Below, in pieces: positions 53,600 to 64,000 of a stretch of 64,000 nucleotides of DNA (positions are counted from its first letter, which is position 1; every line of letters begins with the position of its first letter). The stretch lies in the IMG/VR virus record IMGVR_UViG_3300031949_001696. One strand, given 5' to 3'. Both the position numbers and the translations under genes were made by a program. Below the pieces are notes generated by a model. That model saw only the letters and a list, made by a program, of their open reading frames with translations, ran no database searches and was not told the DNA's origin. This stretch comes from a virus (taxonomy: Duplodnaviria; Caudoviricetes).

Positions 53600-55076
53600 A
53601 CCGCACCCGCACCGTCGGCGGTGTCGTGTTCGAGTGTGTGCGCCCAGGGCTGTGGGTCACGTTCGATCATCGCTACGCGATCGTCGAGCAGATGCAGGGA
53701 AGCGTCGATCACGAGTGGCTCCTGTTCCGCACGAATCGACACGAGTTGTCTGACCAGCCGATCACGCTTCCGGTCGACCTCGAAGACGCCGACTTCTGGT
53801 CCGGCTGGCAGATCGGACAGCACTTCACGATGGGCGAGCTGGCGCACGACGTGGCCACCGAGGTCTTGACCGTCGATCAAATCAAACGCGTGCGGCGCGC
53901 CATGCTCGGGGTGCCCCACAAGACGGCCCATCACCGCGCGGTTCTCGCGGATTGCCGCGGCGCGCTGAAAGGCGATGCACGGTGCCGATCCACGGTCGCG
54001 CGTGAGTGGCTCAAGCTCAACGCGCCAAAGCCGTCGCCCGGCGTTCCCAACATCTTTGATGACCTATTTCCGTCCAAGAAAGCGCCATGAAGAAGCGTTG
54101 CACGAAGATCTGCGGTAACCCGGATTGCTGCGTCTCGACCGGTATCCACGAAGGACTGACCTTCGGAAGCGGCGCTCTGGATTTCCACGGTTTCTGGGCG
54201 AAGCCCTGCCCCCCGTGCGCGCGTGCGTGGGAGCGTGCGCATCCCGAGAGCGGTCCGTGCTGGCCGTTCGCAGACGTCAACCTGTCAGATCAGGGTCCCG
54301 ACAACCGTCAGATAGGTGAGAACGCGACATGCCACTAGAACCGCTCGATCCGCCGCCGCTCGATCCGCACCACGTCGTGCACTACCTCGCCGCCTGCACG
54401 ATCGCACGTGTACCGGTCGCGCGGACGAGCCCGATCGAGATGCGCGCACTGATCGCGCGCCTGTCTCGTCTGTCGATCCCGGACGCCGTCACGCTCCTGC
54501 GCGCAGAATCTTCGAGGGAGCCATGACCAAGAAGAGGCGACGCGGCGACGAGTGCCCGCGCATGCAGCGCGATGGCCGCTGTTGCCCTGGCGCGTGGCTC
54601 TGTCGCATCTGCAAGCAGTGGCACTACCTCAGGCGCAATCCTGTCCGGCGCGGGACCGTGCACGCCAAACGCAATGGAGATCCCGTCGACTGGAGCCTTC
54701 TCTTTTGAGGCGGGTACGAAACTACCCGTGTCTCGAGCGCCACGAGCGCCACGAGATCCGTGAACCTTCGCTCCGGGTAAAAAACGACCCATGCACAGCG
54801 GTCGCGGACTTGGCACCTCGCGTGTGCGGCATGCCGGCTGCTCTATGAAGAAACCCATGAAGACCAAGCGCGCTTCTAAGAAGAGCCCGTCCAAGGCCGC
54901 CGTCCCCACCGCCGTCCCCACGTACGACCAGGTCGACGCATGGTGCGAAGTGCACGACAACGAGTCGATCCAGGGCTGGCTCACGAGCGTCCTGGACGGC
55001 ACCTTCTCGGTGGAAGAATTCCGCGCCGCGGTGCTTGAAGATCGCCGCCCCCGCCAGTCCTCGGAGGTCAAGTAAC

Positions 55077-55787
55077 ATGGCGGCGAGCAAGCGTCGCGCG
55101 CGGTCTCGTCGCGTGGTCGTCGATCGGTCGGCTACCACCGACGTCGTCTCGCAGCTCGAATGTGCCGCGCGCAATCCTCATGCGGCCCTGATCGGCGCCC
55201 TGATCGGCGGCCTCGTGCCGTGGTTCGGCCGCACGCTCGCGCATGACCAGGTCCCGACTGCATGGTCGGCCGGCAACACGTCGCTCGTGATGGTGATGCT
55301 CGCGGTCGTGCTGGGCTGCGCGCTGTTCTCCGCGCTGTCCGTCTACAAGTTCGGCAAAGCCGCGTTCGGCGACTCGAAGAAAGCGCTCGGCTTCGTCCTC
55401 GCCCTGGAGGGCGTGATGCTCGTGACGACCGGCGCTACGAGCACGGTCGCGCTGGCGGTCCTGATCCTCATCAACGCGGTCGCGAACGGATCGGTGATCG
55501 CACTCTCGCGCGACGCAACGAACAAGCGCCGCGAGGCCGACGCCCGCCGCGCCGCGACCCGTGCCCGCAGTCGCGCGCCAGGGCCGATTGCCCAGCCCAG
55601 TCACCAGGCCCCCATCGAAGTAATCGAGCCCGAGCCCGAGACCACGGCTGCGCCGCGCCGCGCCCCGCGACGCACGCCAGTGACCAGCGCCGCCGTGGTC
55701 AAGGTGCCGCGCACGTGGCGCAAGGCGACGCTCGACGACGACGTGATCGACGCGGAGATCGTCTCCGAAGAAAGGCTCCTGGCGTGA
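55077..55787 (+). CDS. multi-pass membrane protein
   Basis: About four hydrophobic helices plus a Pro/Arg-rich tail. Confidence 0.6.
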   Translation: MAASKRRARSRRVVVDRSATTDVVSQLECAARNPHAALIGALIGGLVPWFGRTLAHDQVPTAWSAGNTSLVMVMLAVVLGCALFSALSVYKFGKAAFGDSKKALGFVLALEGVMLVTTGATSTVALAVLILINAVANGSVIALSRDATNKRREADARRAATRARSRAPGPIAQPSHQAPIEVIEPEPETTAAPRRAPRRTPVTSAAVVKVPRTWRKATLDDDVIDAEIVSEERLLA

Positions 55788-56809
55788 GCGACTTCACGAA
55801 AGACGAGCTGGCGCTCGGCGAGCGGATGTTCGACTCGCAACCGGACTCCCCGTGGACTGCATTCTGCGAGCTGCGTGAGCTGTTCGGCGAGATGTCACTC
55901 GAACGACGGCAAGAGCTTCATGACGTCGTCGCGAAGCGGCGGGCGCTTCCCCCCTTGTGTGTCGGGCCGATCCAGCGCGGATTCGAGTACGAAGTACGCC
56001 TGGTCGTGTCGATCCCGATCGCGTGGGCGACGCTGCTCAAGGAAGCCTCCAAGCACCACTACGACTACAAGTGTCGCGATACCGGCAAGCACGGCACGGT
56101 CAACGGTCTCTACAACACCGCCTGCGACGGCGAGTACGCCAGCACCCTCGCCGTCTCCTGGTCGGATCTCGACCTCACCACCAAGGTCGCCGAGCAGCTC
56201 GAATACCACACCACCGATCACGCGATGATCCGCGCGATCCGCGTGTGGCTGCGCGAGACAATGGACGCGATCGCCCACCAACGAAACGCGTGCATGGCGC
56301 TGCCCGGCACCGCCAAGGAGGACGCGTGAGTCGCTCGAAGCCACGTGTGACTGCCGCGCAGCAAGCGGCACACGATTACGATCCCGGCGCTACGCTCTGC
56401 GGCCACGGCACGCGCATCACACAGCGCTCCCACTACCTCGGCGGCGGCTTGTGGGTCTGCTTCGAGTGCTTCGCGAAGCTCTTGCTCGGCGGTCGAAAGA
56501 AGTCGGCGTGATGCAGGTAGCTAACGTCTCGACCAACGATCCGACGGTTCGGAGCGAGATCGACGGCTGGACGTTCGAGGACGCGAGCCTTCTGGTGAAG
56601 AAAGCATCCGCGTCGGACCCCAGCAAGATCTTCATCGGCTACACGCCGTCGCCCAAGGACATCCCGCTCTACACCACCGTCCTGGAGATGTTAGCGGACG
56701 GCTGGGAGCTTCTTAGCCCGCCCGAGCGTGAGACGTGGGAGAACGACGGCAAGCAGCACGAGCAGTGGAGCTGGTGGCTCCAGCGCAAGCCTCAGCGGAG
56801 GGTTCCGGC

Positions 56810-57787
56810 ATGAGCAAGCAACAGGTCCGCGCACGTCTGCTCGACGCGCTCATCGCCAACATCATCCTACCGCCGTTGTCGACGGGCACCAACTTCATCA
56901 ACGAAGAGGAAGCCTTCGCCCACAATGCCGCACTACGAGCGATTCTCGACGGCGCGACGTGCATCGAGGCGACGAACGTCGCGCGCTTCTTCGACGATAG
57001 TTACCTCGGAGATGGAGCTTCTTTCGACGCGTTCTGGACCGACCTCAAGTGCCTCGTGCCGCCGCACAAGCGCTTCTTCATCGAGTGGGAAAAGCCGCTC
57101 ATCCCGCACGCCAAGCGCATGGGCATGTTGTTCCTCGCCTGCCCGCCCGAGCTAGCGGAAGCGACCGCTCGGATGATCATCGGAGCAAACGCTCAGTCGA
57201 CACCCGCGAAAATCGCAGAGTTTCGACAGAACGTCCGCTGCCGTTGGATCTACCTGACGCTGGAGTTCTTGGAGTTCGACCACAAAAACGACGACGACTA
57301 CATCTCGGGCTTCCGCGGGCCCTACCACATCACCACGATGTCCGTTGCCGAAGACGGCACGCTCCTCGACTTTTGGATGAGCCGCGCGACAAGGAACTTG
57401 CCCGACGACGAAGCGATGCAGGTCGCGGGCGCGTCCCTCGTCGCGTGGACGACGCTCGCGATGATGAACTGCGCCAACATCACCACGACCGAGCACAAGA
57501 CACCCGACGCGTTTCAGAAGGCACGCGTGCGAAGCGGCAAGAAACCTCTCGTCTCGTACCACACGGTGAGCGTCGACCTCGGCAAGACGCCGCGGCAGAT
57601 CGCAGCTGAGAGCCTGCCCGGCGACGGATCGACGCCGCGCCGCCACAAGAAGCGCGGGCACATAAAGGACTACCGCAAGGGCCAAGGGCTGTTCGGCCGC
57701 TACAAGGGCGTCTGGTACTGGGGGCCGATACTCGCCGGATCGGAAGAAGAAGGCATCGTCGTGTCGGACTACGAGGTGACTCCATGA
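56810..57787 (+). CDS. hypothetical protein with C-terminal RGH...W motif
   Basis: PRRHKKRGHIKDY...VWYWGP. Confidence 0.65.
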   Translation: MSKQQVRARLLDALIANIILPPLSTGTNFINEEEAFAHNAALRAILDGATCIEATNVARFFDDSYLGDGASFDAFWTDLKCLVPPHKRFFIEWEKPLIPHAKRMGMLFLACPPELAEATARMIIGANAQSTPAKIAEFRQNVRCRWIYLTLEFLEFDHKNDDDYISGFRGPYHITTMSVAEDGTLLDFWMSRATRNLPDDEAMQVAGASLVAWTTLAMMNCANITTTEHKTPDAFQKARVRSGKKPLVSYHTVSVDLGKTPRQIAAESLPGDGSTPRRHKKRGHIKDYRKGQGLFGRYKGVWYWGPILAGSEEEGIVVSDYEVTP

Positions 57788-58869
57788 GTTACGTCAAAGA
57801 TCTCATGACGGCCGCCGCCGAATGGATGAAGCTCAATCCAAGTGCGTCGGGAAAGCTCAAGGTCCCTCGCGATGAATTTGCAATCGACAATTATGATCTC
57901 GATCATTTGTTCGCGGCTTTCGAGAAGCGCTCACAGGAAGCCGCTGCAAAAGATCCTGCACGAAGTGCGGAGATACTTGCGCACCTCGACGACATGCGCG
58001 CCCAACACGAGAAGCTTTTAGCGGGACGAAAACATATTCGCGAGCATGAGGACGCGGTCGAACGCAGCATAAACGAGACCGACGCGACCGGTCATGCCAA
58101 GCTCGACATGGGAGATTGCACAGTCGCGGCGACACCGCTCGTGCTCGGCCGCTGGTGCTTGGCCTGGGCCTACGCCGGCTACAACGTGTTCGAGCTAGGC
58201 AATGACTTCGTAGCTGCGATGTTGCTCACCGATCCTCGCGAGATCCGTTTCGAGGATCTGCGCATCCCGTTCCCGGGTCTTCTGATCACGATCCCGAGCG
58301 GATTCACGGCCGGCAATGAAGGATTGCCCTATACAAAGATCCATCTCTCCCACGTCGACGGTGAGTGGAAACTCTACGCGACCGACGGCATTCGTGTCTT
58401 GGATACGACCGTCGGCGAAGGAGAAGCACTCAGTTGGGATCTGCTCGAAAGTCTTGAGACCGAAGACGATGAGATCACGGGCTCTGATGCCGAGGTCGTT
58501 CGGACAGTTCGACAGATCGCATTTGGGATGCTCGCATACGTCAATGCCGTCGATCGCGCCATCGAAGAGCGCGACGGAGCCAAGCGGTCAAAGAACAAGC
58601 GTACGCACGATAATGGACCTCGGCCGCGGGTCCACGACGTCGGGCGAACCGTCAAGATCGATCCGATCCTCGTCAAGTATGCACGCGCCGGCTCACGAGA
58701 AATCACATTACAGATCAAGAGCCGTTTCATCGTGCGGGGGCACTATCGGAATCAGGCCCATGGCCCCGAACATCGCGATCGCAAGCTGATCTGGATCGAG
58801 CCGTTCTGGAAAGGACCAGTGGAAGGCGCGAAGATCGTGCACACCTATCGACCGGACGTCTCCAAATGA
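57784..58869 (+). CDS. hypothetical protein with C-terminal RGH...W motif
   Basis: FIVRGHYRNQAHGP...LIWIEPFWKG. Confidence 0.65.
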   Translation: MSYVKDLMTAAAEWMKLNPSASGKLKVPRDEFAIDNYDLDHLFAAFEKRSQEAAAKDPARSAEILAHLDDMRAQHEKLLAGRKHIREHEDAVERSINETDATGHAKLDMGDCTVAATPLVLGRWCLAWAYAGYNVFELGNDFVAAMLLTDPREIRFEDLRIPFPGLLITIPSGFTAGNEGLPYTKIHLSHVDGEWKLYATDGIRVLDTTVGEGEALSWDLLESLETEDDEITGSDAEVVRTVRQIAFGMLAYVNAVDRAIEERDGAKRSKNKRTHDNGPRPRVHDVGRTVKIDPILVKYARAGSREITLQIKSRFIVRGHYRNQAHGPEHRDRKLIWIEPFWKGPVEGAKIVHTYRPDVSK

Positions 58870-60916
58870 ACGGTGCAGCAACGCCAATTCACAAGGTGTC
58901 GCTATGAAGCGAGAAGTACCCGCATGGTGGCCGCCGAAGGTCGGGGACAAACTCCGACACGAGACACTTCACGGCACCAGCGGCGCGGATCGATCCCGTA
59001 TGGGAGTGAAGCATGTCGATGCACTGCTTCGCGTGCTCGCGGTGTTCGAAGACATGGACGGCGCCCCACGGATCGTGACTGCGGAATGGTTTCCGACACG
59101 ACAGCGCTGGAACTACGAAGTCTTCACGTCGGCCCACGCGCTGGTCGGAACCATCTGGCCCGACGACGCAGAGAAGCCGAAGGATCGCTGATCAAAGAAA
59201 GGACGGCCATGGGAGCGAGCTACTACGCACACGCAGTGATCGGTGTCGAGGCGACCGGCAAGCTGCATACGACCACCCAAGAACCATCGTGCGCGCACAA
59301 ACCGACTGGCGCGTTCTGCTCGACGTGCGGAAAACCGAACAAGCCGGTCGACGTCAAGACGCCCATCGCGGGCTACGACGAAGACCGAGGATCCATTAGC
59401 GAGCTGCGCGTCGTGCACTCGACGGACGAGAAGAAGTCGTTCGTCGGGATCGCGGTCCGCACCGGCGACATCAACTACGCCGAGAACAACCAGCGGCTGC
59501 CTCTGACGCCATCCGATTTCATGGTGCGCGTCGAAGATCTACGAAGACAGCTCACCGAGATCGGCCTGTGGGACGAAGCCAGCTTCGGGCTCTGGGCGGT
59601 CGGCTACTGCTCGTACTGAGAAAGATCCAGAAGACAGTGAGCAGCACAGCAGACCGCGAACACTGTGGCGACCTCTCATACCGGATCGACAGGAACATCG
59701 ACTGGTGTCCGATCTGCGGAGCCCTGCGCGTCAACGAAGATCGCTGGATATCTCCGCGAAGCCCCACGAATCCGGCAGCCGAACGAAACGGAGAACCCAT
59801 GCGACTCGTCTGGTATCGACGTCAAGATGGCCTGTGGAACGCTGCCTGCGCATGCAACGCGTGCATCGCTGGCGTCGCCTTCGAAAAACGAGCAGAGGCT
59901 GAGCAATGGCACGAGCAGCTCGCGAACACGGAGCGCGCGCGGCGTGAGGCGAACCCCGTGAGCTTCGAGCGCAACCAGATCCCAGCTTGCGGACCGAAGC
60001 TCCCCGAGCCCAACCCCAATCTCCCTGATCCCTTCGTGTTCGCATGAGGGCCAAGCAGGGAGAGCGCGTGTACGCGGTCCTGACCGCGACCCCCGACGAG
60101 GTGTCTCTCCTCGGGTTCGGCGTGTACGTCGGCGACGAGGTCCCGCCCGCGCCGATGGGATTCGTCCGCGCTGTCTTCAGAGCCTCCACGTGGGAGGAGT
60201 TCGACCGCGTCGTCGCCGAGGACGCGGGCTGCGAGCCGAACCCCGCTGCCCGCCCGACCAACCCGAAGATCGTCCTCGACGACGGCCAGGTCGTGTGGGG
60301 AGCAGAGTGCTGGTGGGGCGCGGAGTCGCTGTACGCGGCGTTTCGCGGTGAGCGCTCGGAGAAGCGGTGCTCGATCACCGACGAGCGGAAGGTGTTGCCG
60401 TGATGCGCTACTTCAGCAACGGGACGTGGCGCCCCGCTGCGCCGGAGATCGAGGAAGTCCCCACGCCAATCGGCGAGAGGTGCCTCGCGTGCGACGCGGC
60501 GATCCAGGACGGCGACTGCGGCGTCTCGATGGTGCACGTGAGTTCGAGCGGAACCGCGTACCGGCCGTGGCACCTCGCCTGTTTCCGACGCGCACTCGGG
60601 ATCGAAGGAGCACAAGCATGACGCCTGGCGAATATCAAAGGATCTGCGATCGTCTCGCGCGCAAAGCGAACCGCTTCGCCGCGAAGATGGTCGCTGACGA
60701 GGATCCCGGCGACGGCGCAGCGCAGCGCGAGCACTGGATCGAGGTCTTCTTCTCCGAGCAGCTGCCCGACATCGATTCCGACGCGCTGCTCGAAGTGACA
60801 CGCCGTGCGGACACCTGGGACAAGGTCGGCGGATACGCGGGTGCCGGCAAAGACGTCCGTGCACACGCCGCCTTCGAGGCGGACGTGTGGGACGCGATCA
60901 ACCGAATGGAAAGCAC

Positions 60917-61648
60917 ATGACCGAAGAAGATCTCAAGCGCATGCAGGACGGCTTCCTCGAGACCTCGAAGAAGCTCCTCCTAGAAAGAGGGCATATCGGG
61001 CCCGTCGGCTTCGTCATCACGCTGCACAAGCACGTCGACAAGCTCCTCGAAAGCGGCTTCGAGTTTCTCGATCCCAAGGCGTGTCTGCGCGACCACAAGG
61101 ACGACAGCGTCGCCGCGATCCTCGTCGACCTGGCGATGGACTGGAAGAAGCTCTACCACGCCGTCCTGAACGTGTTTCCCGAGACCCGCGACATCCTGCC
61201 CGAGATGATCGCGCTCGGTTCGAAAATCGACGTCGACAACGTGTACATGCGGGTGATGCGCGCGTTCATGAAGGCTGCGGAGATGGACGAGAAGGACGTC
61301 ATCGCTGCGACGATGCGCCAGATCTGCGACAAGGTAGACGCCTTTGCCTGCATCCTGCATTCAGAAGCGTGGCTCCGCATCATCGATCCGTCCTCCGAGA
61401 CCCTCGACGAGATCTACAAGAACGCGCCGAAGGGGCTCGGGCAAGACACGAAGTCCGTCGAGGTCATCTTCAGCTCGATGGAGACCCACGACTTCTCGCG
61501 CATGATCACGGTTCCCGTCCACCGAGAGCCGTCGAAGACGCGCGACGACGGAAAGGTCCTCAGCTTCGGAGAGCCGACGGAGAACGCGGACGGCGCGCTC
61601 GGTGGCCGCATGGCAGGGTTTCTCAAGCCACTGAAGGACGCGTCGTGA
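60917..61648 (+). CDS. hypothetical protein
   Basis: Long ORF with strong coding bias, coupled to neighbours. Confidence 0.6.
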   Translation: MTEEDLKRMQDGFLETSKKLLLERGHIGPVGFVITLHKHVDKLLESGFEFLDPKACLRDHKDDSVAAILVDLAMDWKKLYHAVLNVFPETRDILPEMIALGSKIDVDNVYMRVMRAFMKAAEMDEKDVIAATMRQICDKVDAFACILHSEAWLRIIDPSSETLDEIYKNAPKGLGQDTKSVEVIFSSMETHDFSRMITVPVHREPSKTRDDGKVLSFGEPTENADGALGGRMAGFLKPLKDAS

Positions 61649-61966
61649 CCGCGAAAACAACCGAAGAGCGTGACGCGATCCGCGAGAGCAACCGCCGTCG
61701 TAAGAACTGCGCGAAGTGCGGCGGGGCGTGCGATCTGCTCACCGGACTCGACGACGATGCCCACTTCCCGAGCGTCGTCTACAAGCGTTGCATCGCGTGC
61801 GGCTGGGAGATCGCGATGAAAGGACGCGCGCCGTGAAAGACGGAGATCAGGTCGAACGCGACGGTAAAAAGTACCGCGTGGGGTGGTTCCAGTTGTTCGA
61901 GAAGCCCCATCCCAGCAGACAGAAGTACGACCTCGTCGCCCGGAAGGCCCGGAAGGAAAGCCACAC

Positions 61967-62401
61967 GTGACGCCGATCGAGCGCGCAACCACGATCGCCC
62001 GCGACGTTCGCACGGGACTGCTCCGTCTCGACGAGACACCACGCGACCTCGCCGGCCAATGTGGGATCGTCTCGATGCTCGTAGCCGTCGCGCTCGACAA
62101 CCCGCAGGTCCTTCGCACCGGCTTCTACATGAAGTTCCAAACGTACCTCGGCAGGCACGGTCGCTACCCGCACCGCCACGCCTGGTGCCGCGTCGGGACG
62201 ATGATCGTCGACGTCACCGCGACACAATTCGACCGCGGCAACAAGGCCGTGCACGTAGCCCACTTCGACGAGGACCCGCGCTACATCGAGACCGCGAGCG
62301 GCAGCGACGCGCTCGACGACATCATGGACAACTGGCGTGGGCGCAAGCTGCTCGCGTACGTACAGATCGCCAAGAAACTGCGACGAGGCCGCGATGAATA
62401 G
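61967..62401 (+). CDS. Papain/transglutaminase-like Cys-His-Asp fold protein
   Basis: AGQCGIVS...HAWC...IVDVTATQF. Confidence 0.55.
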   Translation: MTPIERATTIARDVRTGLLRLDETPRDLAGQCGIVSMLVAVALDNPQVLRTGFYMKFQTYLGRHGRYPHRHAWCRVGTMIVDVTATQFDRGNKAVHVAHFDEDPRYIETASGSDALDDIMDNWRGRKLLAYVQIAKKLRRGRDE

Positions 62402-62981
62402 GGCCGCGACCATCCGAGGCTACCTGCAAGCCGGCCAAAGCGTCTGTCCGTTCGCCAAGGCGTGTCCATTCGAAATGACCACGGTGTCAGCGAACGCGCG
62501 AGCAGATCGCGCGGGTCTCCTCCGAAGCGTCACGACGTTCGCCGCAGCGCGCGGCAACGCGATCGTCCTTTTGGCGAAGGCAGACAAAGGCTTCGCAGCC
62601 ACAGCGACCTGGGCCGCGGAAGTTTTTCTAGAGCTGATGATCTGTTGTGCCCAGATCAGCCAGCCGACGACCCCGATCGCGGAGATCGAGCACTACGTAG
62701 AAAGCAGCATTCGACCCATCCTCAGCTCCCCCGAGATCCGCCCCCACCTCGCTTTGCACGGAAAGGCGCTGATGACGATCTGTATGGCGCCTCTCTATCC
62801 AGCAACGCATCCGCGCTATGCGCCCCACACGATTCTCGTGGTGACCTGGAGCGCCGACGTCGCCGCGGCATTAGGCGCGGAGGGTATCCCGAAGATCCGA
62901 GAGGCCATGGCCAAGGCACACGGCCACGTCTATGACGCCAACGAGCTGATGCTGCCGCTGCCAACGAAGGAGCCTACATGA
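62394..62981 (+). CDS. hypothetical protein with CPFAK motif
   Basis: VCPFAK...HPRYAP; weak resemblance to YqcI/YcgG-like proteins. Confidence 0.4.
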   Translation: MNRAATIRGYLQAGQSVCPFAKACPFEMTTVSANARADRAGLLRSVTTFAAARGNAIVLLAKADKGFAATATWAAEVFLELMICCAQISQPTTPIAEIEHYVESSIRPILSSPEIRPHLALHGKALMTICMAPLYPATHPRYAPHTILVVTWSADVAAALGAEGIPKIREAMAKAHGHVYDANELMLPLPTKEPT

Positions 62982-64000
62982 AGAAGAAGAAGAAACGCGC
63001 GCGGAAGATCCCGAAGACCGTCTACGTCTACGTGCTCGTCACACACGACCCGTACGACAACTCGATCGGCAGTCCCAACGACTACGCGTACGGGATGTGA
63101 TCGTGAACGTCCACGAGGAAAGCGCCTGGAGAGTGCTGATCGAGCTGGGGGCTCGCGAGACCATGATCGGCGGCAAGCATGCGCTCGATCTCACGCCAAT
63201 CCGCATCACGAGCAAGGACAAGCTCTGCCTCTACACGCAGTCCGTGCTCGGCGTCGTCGGACGCAGCAACGCGAATCGTCGGCACGTGGACCGCCGCGGC
63301 TGTCCGATCTACGTCGTCACCGACTTCTACACGGTCAGCCGACCGAACGACCGCGACCGCCACGATCCCGAGATCAAAGCGCGCGTCGAACGAACCCGCC
63401 GCGCGAAGAAAGAAAACGAATCGTGAGCTATCCACCGTCTCGATCGTCAAGCTGATCGAGCAAGTACAAGTCGCAGCCAAAGCCCGACATTGAAGATTGT
63501 ACAGGAGAAGCCGTGAAGAAGACAAATCGCTACGGCGTGCACCGCCTTCTACGAAGCGGACGAGCTGGAGGTTCTAACGTGACCCGTGACGCGAAGGAGG
63601 TCTGACCGTGAGATCAAACGACTTCAAGAAATTTCTGAAGGCATGGACCGACGAAGCGATCAAGGCCAATGGCGGTATCGATAATGTTCGAGAGATGCAC
63701 CACAGCATGGACATGGCCAGGTTTCTGACCGGCTGGGTGTGCGGGAGCGTCTACGCGTACATGCCGCAGTGTCGCCGCAACTGGGAAGACACACCCTCGA
63801 ACGATCCGCACTACACGCTGGAAGAAGTCAGACGAATCTCCGACTACGTGCGCCTGACAATTGAAACAGAATCGACTACGGCATGACGAAGTCCAACAGC
63901 AACCGCACGTCGAAGCGCACGACCACTCAACGCGTGGTCCTGTACCTGCACAAGCACGGCCCTTCGGGCTGCTTCGAGGTCGGCGAAGTCATCGACAACC

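Overview
GC-rich, densely packed window made mostly of short hypothetical genes in long co-directional blocks (mainly minus strand 8.6-11.3 kb and 21.4-38.8 kb, plus strand 40.5-64 kb). It reads as part of a large phage or other mega-element. No capsid, terminase, rRNA or tRNA genes were seen. A Myxococcota host is a weak inference from a stand-alone bEBP-type Fis HTH. Main content: (1) a small RHH gene, a 691-aa Cas12m-like (type V-M) effector with an H-D-D RuvC triad, and an array of about 54 repeats, with no cas1/cas2 in the window; (2) a winged-helix-sigma70 fusion running off the left edge, absent from the ORF track; (3) LAGLIDADG, Rnl2 ligase and RlaP nucleotidyltransferase genes; (4) an island operon of RHH, MTase-like/SF2 helicase fusion and two proteins each with nine tandem Cys4 zinc-finger-like repeats plus a C-terminal HTH; (5) a tyrosine recombinase with an adjacent dif-like site at the strand switch; (6) a reconstructable 24.65-kb inversion (~23317-47970) that split an ADP-ribosylglycohydrolase and a second gene; (7) pervasive 7-8-nt tandem duplications; (8) several small paralog families sharing short motifs. 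All calls are from manual motif recognition; no database searches were run.
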